Positions 32,424 to 41,833 of a stretch of 64,000 nucleotides of DNA are shown here, one piece after another (within the stretch, counting starts at the first letter, position 1; every line of letters begins with the position of its first letter). This stretch comes from Candidatus Bathyarchaeota archaeon. Lineage in GTDB: Archaea; Thermoproteota; Bathyarchaeia; Bathyarchaeales; Bathycorpusculaceae. A program made the position numbers and the translations under genes. Location: positions 950,859-1,014,858 of the forward strand of contig OY968763.1 in NCBI GenBank assembly GCA_963695285.1. The letters are read 5' to 3'. The notes beneath the pieces are model-generated. The model saw nothing but the letters and a program-made list of their open reading frames with translations. It was not told the DNA's origin and did no database searches.

Positions 32424-32737
32424 TAGACATAGATAAAGCATTAGCGTCAGCAGTGAAAACAGGAAAGGTATCCTTTGGAACCAATGTTGCATTGCAAAAC
32501 GCCAAAACAGGCAAAGCTAAGATGATAGTTTTAGCTACAAACTGTCCAAAAGACATAAAAGAACAAATAGAATACTATGGAGAACTCTCTAAAGTCCCCG
32601 TTATAACCTACAAAGGTGGATCAATGGATTTAGCTGAAGTCTGCAAGAAACTCTTCATTATATCAGCCTTAAGCATCCGCGAAACAGGGGATTCAGATAT
32701 TCTCAAATTAACCGAGGAAACTCAGGTTCAAGAATAA
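32420..32737 (+). CDS. rpl30e: 50S ribosomal protein L30e
   Basis: [10 protein letters not shown]...NCP...GDSDIL; canonical position after rpoA. Confidence 0.95.
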   Translation: MIDIDKALASAVKTGKVSFGTNVALQNAKTGKAKMIVLATNCPKDIKEQIEYYGELSKVPVITYKGGSMDLAEVCKKLFIISALSIRETGDSDILKLTEETQVQE

Positions 32738-32755
32738 AAAAATGGAGGAAAAAAA

Positions 32756-33193
32756 ATAACAACCGGCATAAAAATTACCTGCGACGAAATGCGATACATT
32801 GCCTTATTTGAAAGCATCAGCGGCGCCAGCGTAAAAGACTGCATCGTAGACGAAGTAGAACAGCGAGCAATATTCGTTGTCAACCAAGGCCAAGTAGGCG
32901 TTGCCATCGGCAAGGGCGGACGAAACATCCATACCCTTGAACGAATGACAGGCAAAAAACACGAAATCATCGAGTACAGCGAAGACCCAGCAACATTCAT
33001 GAAAAACGCACTGAAACCCGCAGCAGTCAGAGAAATACGCGTCACCGAAAGAACTGATGGCAAAAAAATGGCAGTCATAACCGTCAACCCTAAAGATAAG
33101 GGCGTCGCAATAGGTAAGAACGGCAAGAACGCCGAACGTTTGCGCTTTTTGGCAAAACGGTATTTCGACATTCAGAACGTAAGCATCTCCTAA
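32756..33193 (+). CDS. nusA: Archaeal NusA (KH domains)
   Basis: RYIALFES, AIGKGG, AIGKNGKN; conserved IKIT.DE lies upstream of first ATG 32789, so the start is uncertain. Confidence 0.93.
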   Translation: MTTGIKITCDEMRYIALFESISGASVKDCIVDEVEQRAIFVVNQGQVGVAIGKGGRNIHTLERMTGKKHEIIEYSEDPATFMKNALKPAAVREIRVTERTDGKKMAVITVNPKDKGVAIGKNGKNAERLRFLAKRYFDIQNVSIS

Positions 33194-33396
33194 GTAGTCC
33201 GTAACTGCGGCTATTAGGCGATGAAAACGTCGCTGACTAATCGTGTATTGTTAATCCTAAACGGCAATCTAGCTTCACACCTGTGGCTTCCTCAATTGTT
33301 TTGATTCATTGAGCCCATTTTTGGTTGTTAGTCAAGAAATCTTTACTAATTTTAGTCAACAAACCTTGACGAGAATTCTTTTATTGCAAAGAACTA

Positions 33397-35553
33397 ATGG
33401 CTAGATTGGTGAATGCAGATGCCGAATCGTTGAAATTATCTAATAACAAAATAACTCTGAAAAGAGGAAACTTTTTTGTTGTTTTTTTAGTTTCTACTTT
33501 GCTTCTAACAATTACACTTGGTTTTAGCCCAAGTAGTGTGCACGCTCAATCCGGGAATTTTAAAATATCAGGTTATGTCTTGGACTCAAACGGCATTGGA
33601 ATTGCCAAGGCAGACGTTATCTTTAATGCCCCTTCGATTGTTCCGGGAGTTTTTACAGATAATTCGGGTTACTACGAAACTTATGGTCCTTCAGGCACAT
33701 ACCACATTAATGTTTGGCCACCAAACGATTCCAACTACATTAATTATGACGAGACAGGATTTACAGTTGTTTCCGATGTCACAAAAAATATGACATTGCA
33801 GACAGCCTTCAAAATCTCAGGTTACGTCATTGATTCCGCGGGGACACCGATGGTGGGAGCGGCGGTTTTGTTTAAAACCAGTAGTGGAGTATATGGTTCA
33901 GGATATTTCACTACCAGCTCAGGATATTATTTCATAAATGTAGCCGCTGGGACCTATACAATTGATGCTCATCCTCAAACTGCTTTTAACCCTAACTATG
34001 CAGGTCCATGTACTCCTTTTCCAACCTATTATGAATACAACTTTGCAGTTAGCGGAAACATGAATAAGAACATCACAGTAGGTGGCACCGGACCAACTGT
34101 GACCCCTGCACCGACAGCTCCGCCTTCCAATGGATCCAGCAATGATAATTGGTCAATGTATCGCCATGACCTCCAACGCACAGGACTATCAACGTCAGCA
34201 GTATCCAACGGCAACCTGCTCTGGAAATTTTTCACAGGTGCCTCCTCCACTCCTTCCCTCGCTGATCGGTTGCGTGCAACTCCCACTATCGTTGACGGCA
34301 TCTTATACATGGGCTCAAACAACAGTATGTTCTACGCTTTGAATGCGACGACCGGCTCCCAAATTTGGGGAGTTAACGTCGGCGCAAATGTGGATTCGTC
34401 TGCTGCAGTCGTTGACGGTGTTGTTTACGTTGGCATCCTGTGGGATGGTCACAATGGATACGTGGATGCATTGAACTCTACAAATGGCGCAGTGATTTGG
34501 CGATTCACAACTAACAGCGGTATAGAGTCTTGTCCTGCATTACTCAACGGTGTACTCTACATTGGCTCATCAGGAGGTTACATTTATGCACTAAATGCGG
34601 GTAACGGCGCTTTAATATGGTCATACCACACGGGCGGTCAGACAATTTCCTCTCCAGCCATAGTTAGTGGTGTCCTTTACATTGGCTCATTGGATGGAAA
34701 CGTCTATGCTTTAGACGCCAACAACGGTGCGTTAATATGGAAGTCCCATGTCGGTAACCAAGTCTATTCTTCTCCTGCAGTCGTTGATGGTGTCATCTAT
34801 GTTTGCTCAGACGAAGGCTATGTTTGGGCTTTAAGAGCTAGTGACGGTGGAGCGATTTGGCAAGCATACATCGGCAGCGGTAGCGACCATGAAGATGATT
34901 CAGCCGCTGTAGCAAACGGCATTGTTTACATTGGAGCACGCAATGGTTTCTACGCCTTCAACGCTACCACTGGACAGCAAATCTGGTTCTTCACCTCGCC
35001 ATACTCGCCACGTCAATTAACTGGCTTCTTTTACTCGTCGCCCACTGTAGCTGGCAACGTTGTCTATTGTGGATCAGTTGATAGCTATCTATTCGCTTTG
35101 AACGCTTTTAACGGCTCCATAATCTGGTCATACCACACCGGGGGCTTTCTATTTTCATCGCCTGCTGTTGTCAACGGAGTGGTCTACATCGGCTCATATG
35201 ACGGCTACATTTATGCTCTGGGCACTTTATCATCTTCAACGGCGACTCCTACTCCTCAACCGACAGCTGCTCCTTCACCGACCGCAACTCCGACGCCCAC
35301 ACCAACCGCTACACCTTCTCCTACCCCTCAACCAACTCCAAATGTTACAGCCACACCTACGCCCGTTCCAACGCCAACTCAAGCGCCAGCTCAACTATCT
35401 ACATCCAACACTCAACCGACAGCGGCACCAACGCCTGTTGCTGACCAGAAAGAAAACACTTCCGACTGGCTAATATTGGGAGCAATTATCATCACAGCAA
35501 TGACTGCGCTGATATATTTCGTGCAAATCCTCAGAAACCAGGACACTCACTGA
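33397..35553 (+). CDS. Secreted, membrane-anchored PQQ-like beta-propeller repeat protein with two N-terminal beta-sandwich repeats and a Pro/Thr linker
   Basis: Signal-like N-terminus, repeated SSPAVVxGVVYxGSxDGxxYAL..xG..IW, PTATPTP tract, C-terminal TM. Confidence 0.85.
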   Translation: MARLVNADAESLKLSNNKITLKRGNFFVVFLVSTLLLTITLGFSPSSVHAQSGNFKISGYVLDSNGIGIAKADVIFNAPSIVPGVFTDNSGYYETYGPSGTYHINVWPPNDSNYINYDETGFTVVSDVTKNMTLQTAFKISGYVIDSAGTPMVGAAVLFKTSSGVYGSGYFTTSSGYYFINVAAGTYTIDAHPQTAFNPNYAGPCTPFPTYYEYNFAVSGNMNKNITVGGTGPTVTPAPTAPPSNGSSNDNWSMYRHDLQRTGLSTSAVSNGNLLWKFFTGASSTPSLADRLRATPTIVDGILYMGSNNSMFYALNATTGSQIWGVNVGANVDSSAAVVDGVVYVGILWDGHNGYVDALNSTNGAVIWRFTTNSGIESCPALLNGVLYIGSSGGYIYALNAGNGALIWSYHTGGQTISSPAIVSGVLYIGSLDGNVYALDANNGALIWKSHVGNQVYSSPAVVDGVIYVCSDEGYVWALRASDGGAIWQAYIGSGSDHEDDSAAVANGIVYIGARNGFYAFNATTGQQIWFFTSPYSPRQLTGFFYSSPTVAGNVVYCGSVDSYLFALNAFNGSIIWSYHTGGFLFSSPAVVNGVVYIGSYDGYIYALGTLSSSTATPTPQPTAAPSPTATPTPTPTATPSPTPQPTPNVTATPTPVPTPTQAPAQLSTSNTQPTAAPTPVADQKENTSDWLILGAIIITAMTALIYFVQILRNQDTH

Positions 35554-35730
35554 AGTCACAAGCCGTTTTCACCAAAAGAAACTCTAATACCAAGCGAGGT
35601 GACCAACACAGAAACCCAACAAAAAAATGAATAGCTGCCCATGAGGAAGAAAAATGCTATCCCATTTTTTCCCATATATTTTTGTTTTTTTGTGTAAATC
35701 TTATAGCTTGCTTATGCATAACTAAGCTAT

Positions 35731-37018
35731 ATGGCTGAATCGCACGAAGACGAAATTTACTCAACGATGTTCAGTTCGCTAAAGCATCCAGTTAGACGTA
35801 AAATTCTTCGAATGCTCGGAAACAAATCCATGACTTTCATGGAGATGGTTGAGCAACTTGGGGTTTCAACGCCCCATTTGACTTACCACCTTGAAAACCT
35901 CGGCGAACTGGTATCTAAAACAGACGACGGCATGTACAAGCTATCCGCGTTTGGATTAGCTACTGTAACCGCCATGAAGGATGTAGAAGAAGTTCGTGAA
36001 ATTGAACCGAAGCGTCGTGTGATGACTGTTAAGTGGAAAGCCCTTTTCGGAGTTCTGATGGTTGCAGTATTGATTTTGGCTAGCGTGTCTGCCTATCAGT
36101 TCAACTCTGTAAACCAACTTTCAAGCTCCCAGAATACGGCTTCAGCTGAAAATCAACAATTGTTATCTTGGGGTATGGGCGCAGATAAAGTGGCTAATTT
36201 CCTGAAAAATATTACCCAGATTGATACGAGAAATTACACAATTTCTTTACTAAGTGACACAATGACAGTAGCGCATGGATTTCGGTGGTGTAGCTGAAGA
36301 AGTTCATCCAGTACTCTCTTACGAGCAGTACAAGCAATTTGAACGTGAATTTACGGTTCAGGAACAATCATTTCTCGCGGTACGACCTTAACATGATTGA
36401 AAGCTCACCTATTTTCACGCAGATTCAACCTAACGATGCCTTACAAAATGCTAAATACATACTTGCGCGTTACAAAACCTATTCTGGTGACGCGTACTTA
36501 ACGAATATGAGCAACATTTTAGCCACTATTAGCACACTAAATAACACAGAAGTTACCCGGGGCAACATAAAACTTCAGACTTCTGTTTCAGGGGGCACTG
36601 TCTCGTTTTTGTGGATGTACACGCAGGACGACATTGATTACCAAGCTAAGGGTTTGCAGATGATCTTTCAAAATAACGTGTTAACAACTCTGTCAGACGG
36701 CTACTTCTTATTCACGGTAGGAAGCAATAACTTGGCTACCTCCCAGGAACAAGCGGTAAATACTGCTAAAAACTACGTGAAAACTCTAAGTTGGACCATT
36801 GAGGGACAACGAGTCTCTGGCTTTACCGTCATAGACCCGCCTTTGTCGTTCAACTTGTGCCTCATACCCGAGGTGACTCAGTAGCGCTGATTCCTTATTG
36901 GTACGTTGAATTAGGCCTTAACAAGATTTACGGGGGAGGCATAAATGAAGTTGCAATTGGAATCTACGCTGACACAGGTCAAGTGTCGGATGTGCAAATG
37001 TTAAGCGTCAGCACCTAA
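35731..37018 (+). CDS. ArsR-like wHTH + single TM + extracytoplasmic domain protein, two apparent frameshifts
   Basis: SLKHPVRRKIL...HLTYHLENL, TM helix at about aa 103-121, continues via 36339..36884 and ends IPYWYV...IYADTGQV...stop at 37018. Confidence 0.7.
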
Positions 37019-37058
37019 ACATAGAGCTTCAAGCCCCAATCTTCGGGTCAAAAAATTA

Positions 37059-37304
37059 TCATGACCTGGTTTCGTAAACTATAACTGAATCAGCCTTAAT
37101 CTGCATCACCAAGTCATGCCCTTCCACAATTTTCCTCAAGTTACCCATGCTTTCCCTGGAAAGGTTAGCTTTAATGTTAATGTGATACCCATTGTACAGT
37201 GGGAACATGGCTTTCTGCGGTATCAACGTGACGGTGGCTCCATCTAAACCTGGACACCTGTCAACGATTTCCCGCAACAATATGGCGATTTCCGCGAACT
37301 TCAT
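37059..37304 (-). CDS. Hypothetical protein
   Basis: 81-aa ORF, ATG start, no overlap with other genes. Confidence 0.5.
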   Translation of the reverse strand: MKFAEIAILLREIVDRCPGLDGATVTLIPQKAMFPLYNGYHINIKANLSRESMGNLRKIVEGHDLVMQIKADSVIVYETRS

Positions 37305-37597
37305 AAATTTAACCTATTGAATATTTGTTAGATTGTGCATAAAAAGCCTTCACAAAGATTTGTGTTTCTCCATGTTAAACATTGGGTTTTATATGATTTA
37401 TCGTTGAAAAGTGACCTCTGTTGGTAATCGCATTTACATTGGAGGAAGGTTAGGGTTGTTTGCATGCTCAAAATGGCATTTGCTCGAATGATTCAGCTGC
37501 ATCTTTGCTCAGGGTTAATCTGCATAAACATGTCAAATTGTTTTAATAAGACGTTTTTCAATAGTGTGAACGCTTCAAAACGAGGCAAAGAAGCTTA

Positions 37598-39517
37598 ATG
37601 TTAATCCAAGAAGTTATACTTGAAAATTTCATGAGTTACGAATACGCTCGAGTGCCCTTTAAACAGGGTGTAAACATAATTGGGGGACCGAACGGAGCAG
37701 GAAAATCCTCTCTGCTACTGGCGATTTCGGTTGGTTTGGGGCAAACCTACACGGAACGCTCCAGAAAACTCAGCGACCTGATCCGCTGGGGACAAGACCA
37801 AGCAAGAGTCACACTAATCCTGGACAACAGCAAACAAGGAAACAAACGACCCGTCTCCAAATACAGCAAAGACCAACTCTTCCTCACCCGCGTCCTGCGG
37901 CGAGACGGAAAATACTTTTTTGAACTCGAAAACCGCGTCGCCAGCAAACAGGACATTGAACGATTACTTGGCAAATTCGGTGTTGACCCAGACAACATGC
38001 TAATCATAATGCACCAGAACATGGTAGAGCAGTTCAGTGTGCTTAGCAACATAGAAAAACTGCGCATGGTTGAAGCAGCTGTGGGACTTGAGCCTTTCCG
38101 CGAAAACGTTGTGCAAGCCAAAACCAAACTAACACGCATTCTAAGCCAAGAAGAATCAGTCAGCAAACTCCTAGAACAAGCCCAACAAACACTCAACTAC
38201 TGGCACGAACAATACGAGAAGTACCAAGAGAAAAAACAGCTGCAGCTTAAACGGCGCTTTTTGGACCGGGAACTAGTTTGGGCAGAAGTTGAAAAACGCG
38301 AAGCCACAATCAAAGGGTTGCAGGCGAATTTTAACAAGAACCAGCAAGCACTGGGCAAAATTGAAGATGAGCGGCAAACAATAATTGGCGAACTTGATGG
38401 CCAGCAGACCCAGCAGCAAACACTCAAAGGCGAATCTAAATCGGTTTTTGACCAGCGTTTAAGCCTTGAGCGTGAAATCGCACAGAACGAATCCACTTTA
38501 TCCTTAATTGAACAGTTTCTCAGCGAAGCCCAAGCTTTAGAAAACGCAGTCGCAAACAAGAGCCAGTTTAAACTTCTCCGAAGCGAAAACCTCAAAAAAA
38601 TGCTTGAAACCTCAAGAAAGCAAATTGAGAAGGCAAACGAGCAAGTTAAAGAAAACCAGAAAAAAATGCTCAAACTCGAAGATTCCACTGAGAAAACTTC
38701 GGCTGAGGCGCTGGATAAGCGTGTCACTCTTGGTTTGCTGGAGTTTAAGCGGGCAAACGCCATTGTCGAGATGAAAACTATTGAGAAACAGCTCAAGGAA
38801 GCCGAAGAAAACCTAAACGGGGCAATCCAAAAGGCACAGCAATCTGGCGAGCGCATAGCGGTCCTTAAAACCAACGCTGAAATCCAAGATGAAATCGGCT
38901 TAACCAACGGACACTTAGCAGCTCTCGCTGACGTTTCAGAAGATATCGAGCGCCAGTACGAATCGTACTCAAAGCTTTACTTGGAACTTAAAGATAAAGC
39001 GCAACTGGTCGCCGAGAACCGCGAGAAAACCCTTGAAGAAGTCAAAACCCGCATGCAATCTTGGCGCACAGTTATGGAGAACCTGCTTGAACGCGTCAAC
39101 GTTGAGTACCAAAAAATCATGAGCCAAACCCTGGCAACTGGCGAAGTGAAGCTTTCCAGTGCTTTGGATATTGAGACTGCTGGCTTAGAAATCTACGTTG
39201 GGTTTAAAGGCAGCAAACCCGTCGCTTTAGATGCTTACACGCAGAGCGGCGGCGAAAGAACCACGGCGACGATGGGTTTTCTGTTGGCGCTTCAGCAGCA
39301 TGTGCGTTCACCGTTCCGCGCAGTCGATGAATACGACATTCATATGGACCCCAAAAACCGCGAGATGATAGCGAAGGTCCTGGTTTCAATCATTAAGGAC
39401 GCCAGCGCCCAGTACGTGGTGATTACTCCCAGCCAAATCACTTTTGCACAACATGACGCCAACGTTATTACGGTTCAGAACATTGAAGGAAAATCAATTG
39501 TGCGTGAGGTTGCCTAA
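37598..39517 (+). CDS. Short SMC-family ATPase (Smc5/6- or coalescin-like)
   Basis: LENFMSY, Walker A GPNGAGKS, long coiled coil, signature QSGGER, Walker B/D-loop PFRAVDEYDIHMD. Confidence 0.9.
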   Translation: MLIQEVILENFMSYEYARVPFKQGVNIIGGPNGAGKSSLLLAISVGLGQTYTERSRKLSDLIRWGQDQARVTLILDNSKQGNKRPVSKYSKDQLFLTRVLRRDGKYFFELENRVASKQDIERLLGKFGVDPDNMLIIMHQNMVEQFSVLSNIEKLRMVEAAVGLEPFRENVVQAKTKLTRILSQEESVSKLLEQAQQTLNYWHEQYEKYQEKKQLQLKRRFLDRELVWAEVEKREATIKGLQANFNKNQQALGKIEDERQTIIGELDGQQTQQQTLKGESKSVFDQRLSLEREIAQNESTLSLIEQFLSEAQALENAVANKSQFKLLRSENLKKMLETSRKQIEKANEQVKENQKKMLKLEDSTEKTSAEALDKRVTLGLLEFKRANAIVEMKTIEKQLKEAEENLNGAIQKAQQSGERIAVLKTNAEIQDEIGLTNGHLAALADVSEDIERQYESYSKLYLELKDKAQLVAENREKTLEEVKTRMQSWRTVMENLLERVNVEYQKIMSQTLATGEVKLSSALDIETAGLEIYVGFKGSKPVALDAYTQSGGERTTATMGFLLALQQHVRSPFRAVDEYDIHMDPKNREMIAKVLVSIIKDASAQYVVITPSQITFAQHDANVITVQNIEGKSIVREVA

Positions 39518-40344
39518 TGCAATCCGCTAAACATGACAAGAAGCTGGGCACTGAAAAGCTTGAACGCATAATTGAAATGTGCGTTGCCATCGAAAACCGC
39601 CAGGTTGAACCCTTCACACTTAACGTTGACGAAATCATCAAGATAGTCAAGCAGTATTTTCCGAATTGGGAAAACCCAGACGAACTAAAACTTGACGCAG
39701 AAGCCCTCCACCACTTAGCCACAGTCATCAAAATGCAAAGCGAGTGGGTAAAACAACGCTCAACCTCCCTCTACACTGACCCGTTTCTGTTGGAAGAAAA
39801 AATCCGCCAAACCGGCAAAGAAGGGATGGTTGATGCTTTTCTTGGAGCTTGGAGTCCGCTGATTGAGTTTGAGCAACTTAGCCTCCACAGCTTAGCACAG
39901 GGATTACTGTATTGGGAAGCGTTGGCTCCTATGGGCGACAGATGGAAAGACATAGATGTCACTCAAGTTGCCATGGGCTCAATCAGCCGTGATGAACTCG
40001 TTAAGCAACGCGTTTTAAGCGACCGAGAATTCTCCGAGGAACTGGAATGTTACTGGCAGGAACTCAAAGTTAAAGTCGCAGAAAAAGGCGCAGGCGGCAA
40101 AATTGCGTATTGGGATTTCATCGGCGCTGACACATACGAAGAAACTGTACAGCGTGCTTTCCTAACTGCTTTTTTGGTGACTTATGGATACGCGACTTTG
40201 GAGATTGACAGGTTGGAAGAAACCGTCTTCATACTGCCATTTGATAAACCCCGAAAAGTAGCTTTAACTGAGCAGTCCACGTCGGTTCCCATCGCTGTAT
40301 CATGCCAAGATTGGCAAAAATGGAAGCGAGGCGAACAAATTTGA
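39517..40344 (+). CDS. Putative kleisin (ScpA/Nse4-like)
   Basis: N-terminal VEPFTLNVDEII...LDAEALHHLATVIKMQSE and C-terminal winged-helix VQRAFLTAFLVTYGYATLE resemble ScpA termini; TAATG coupling to the SMC gene. Confidence 0.65.
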   Translation: MQSAKHDKKLGTEKLERIIEMCVAIENRQVEPFTLNVDEIIKIVKQYFPNWENPDELKLDAEALHHLATVIKMQSEWVKQRSTSLYTDPFLLEEKIRQTGKEGMVDAFLGAWSPLIEFEQLSLHSLAQGLLYWEALAPMGDRWKDIDVTQVAMGSISRDELVKQRVLSDREFSEELECYWQELKVKVAEKGAGGKIAYWDFIGADTYEETVQRAFLTAFLVTYGYATLEIDRLEETVFILPFDKPRKVALTEQSTSVPIAVSCQDWQKWKRGEQI

Positions 40345-40976
40345 GCAGCAAGAAAAAAGGCGTTTACGGCAGCAAAGTCAAGAAAGCAACCCAGATGCTC
40401 TTCTACAAGCGACATCAGAAACCCGGCGTGAAAGGCTGGGAACTGCACAAGGCGTTAGGTTCCGATTACCCTAAAGTTCTCGACTTACTCGAAGATTACC
40501 TTAAACCGCTGGATTTGCAGGTAAAAGTGGTTTTTGAAGAGGAGAAAACCCCGGAAAAACCAACCATTGAGGAGCTTGATAAGGCAAGGTTCTTCGTGGC
40601 GCTGTCAAGTGGCTCTGTGACTAAGGATAAGTTGATGGGTTGGCGCATAGACGATTTAGCCGGCTTAGCCATCACAATCAGCTACATAATCAGCAAGAAG
40701 GGGCAAGCAGCACGCAAAGACGTCGAGAAACTGCTGAGCGAGAAGATGCCGAACTGGAAGATTGGCTTAAACCTTGACCGTTACATACGCTACGGCTACT
40801 TGATGCAGGATGAGAAGGGACAGCTGTTTTTGGATTGGAGAACAAGGGCAGAAGTAGACCAGAAAGCCCTAATCAACATGCTGCTTAACGCGGAAAAACA
40901 GAAAGAAGAGGCCGCTGAGCCAGAGCCAGAAGAAGTTGATGAAGCAGAAACTGAAGCCGAAGAGGAAGACGCTTAA
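40341..40976 (+). CDS. Putative KITE tandem winged-helix subunit (ScpB/Nse1/Nse3-like)
   Basis: Two WH-sized modules; GLAITISYIISKKG...LDRYIRYGYL...GQLFLDWRTRAE; acidic tail; TTGA overlap with upstream stop. Confidence 0.6.
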   Translation: MSSKKKGVYGSKVKKATQMLFYKRHQKPGVKGWELHKALGSDYPKVLDLLEDYLKPLDLQVKVVFEEEKTPEKPTIEELDKARFFVALSSGSVTKDKLMGWRIDDLAGLAITISYIISKKGQAARKDVEKLLSEKMPNWKIGLNLDRYIRYGYLMQDEKGQLFLDWRTRAEVDQKALINMLLNAEKQKEEAAEPEPEEVDEAETEAEEEDA

Positions 40977-41119
40977 ACTCGACGGATTTTTTTAAAGTAC
41001 ACCACCAAACCAGCGCCCAACACAGCCACTACAATCAATAAAGGTGCTATGATGAGTGCTTCGTTGGATTTGGGTGGAAGAGCCGCATTCACGGTCACTG
41101 GCGTCGCTGTGGAATTCAT
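40973..41119 (-). CDS. 48-aa ORF resembling an isolated C-terminal membrane anchor (possible gene remnant)
   Basis: MNSTATPVTVNAALPPKSNEALIIAPLLIVVAVLGAGLVVYFKKIRRV translated by hand. Confidence 0.4.
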   Translation of the reverse strand: MNSTATPVTVNAALPPKSNEALIIAPLLIVVAVLGAGLVVYFKKIRRV

Positions 41120-41194
41120 TGTTGCTCGAGTTTCTGAAAAGAATTTTTAAGACGTAAAAAGACTGGAAAAGCCCAGAAAACACTAAAAAAGGCT

Positions 41195-41214
41195 TAAATT
41201 CCATTTCCAATAGT
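41195..41214 (+). repeat. Dispersed 20-bp motif TAAATTCCATTTCCAATAGT, copy 1
   Basis: Exact inverted copy at 49235..49254; near copy at 63976..63995. Confidence 0.8.
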
Positions 41215-41232
41215 CAATTTTTTAAGCATGCG

Positions 41233-41799
41233 TTAAGTCGCTAACACTGCAACATAACAGTTCACGGCTTCGTCATCGACAAAAGAAACCAATTTCAAAC
41301 CTGAACCATCCAAAACATCCATGAACCCAGCCAGCGGAAAAGCCTTCTTGAGCCCAGTCACCACAACCCTGCCATCATGCTTGGCGACCCGCTTTAGCTC
41401 ATTTAATGTTTCAGAGGGTTTAGGCATGTTCTGAAGTACCGTAAAGGCGAACACAGCACCAAATAAACCATCCCTAAATGGCAAGTGGTCAGCGTCTGCT
41501 TGCAAAACAAAGCAATTCTCAAAATTCTTCGCGTGTTCTTTAGCTTTAAGCAAAAGTTTACGCGAGACATCAATGCCCACAACTATATCCGCTTGAGCTG
41601 CGATTTCTATGAAAAACAGTCCTGAGCCGCACCCAACATCCAAAACCACTTTTCCCGCAACATTGACGTTTTCTAACGCTTTCTTGTACTTTCTCTTTTG
41701 CTCTTCTGCGTACCGCTCATCGTACATCTCCGCCGTCAAATCGTAACGCTGCATTATTCTGCGCTTGTTTCTCCAACCAGTCAATGCCTTGTCCTTCAA
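41233..41799 (-). CDS. Class I SAM-dependent methyltransferase
   Basis: VLDVGCGSG, ADADHLPF. Confidence 0.88.
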   Translation of the reverse strand: MKDKALTGWRNKRRIMQRYDLTAEMYDERYAEEQKRKYKKALENVNVAGKVVLDVGCGSGLFFIEIAAQADIVVGIDVSRKLLLKAKEHAKNFENCFVLQADADHLPFRDGLFGAVFAFTVLQNMPKPSETLNELKRVAKHDGRVVVTGLKKAFPLAGFMDVLDGSGLKLVSFVDDEAVNCYVAVLAT

Positions 41800-41833
41800 G
41801 AAATCTTATGTACCCAATGCCTGACTAAAATAG

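Noticed and set aside
35240-35440. ACx/CCx tandem-like repeats
   Set aside because: They simply encode the Pro/Thr linker of the beta-propeller protein.
37598-40976. SMC operon as Rad50-Mre11 or Wadjet (JetABCD)
   Set aside because: There is no zinc hook, no Mre11/NurA/HerA and no JetD/Toprim gene, and the ATPase is much shorter than JetC.
41050-41137. ATGATGA...CTGA as a box C/D sRNA
   Set aside because: The spacing is too long, there are no clear D'/C' boxes, and the opposite strand reads as a TM-peptide ORF.
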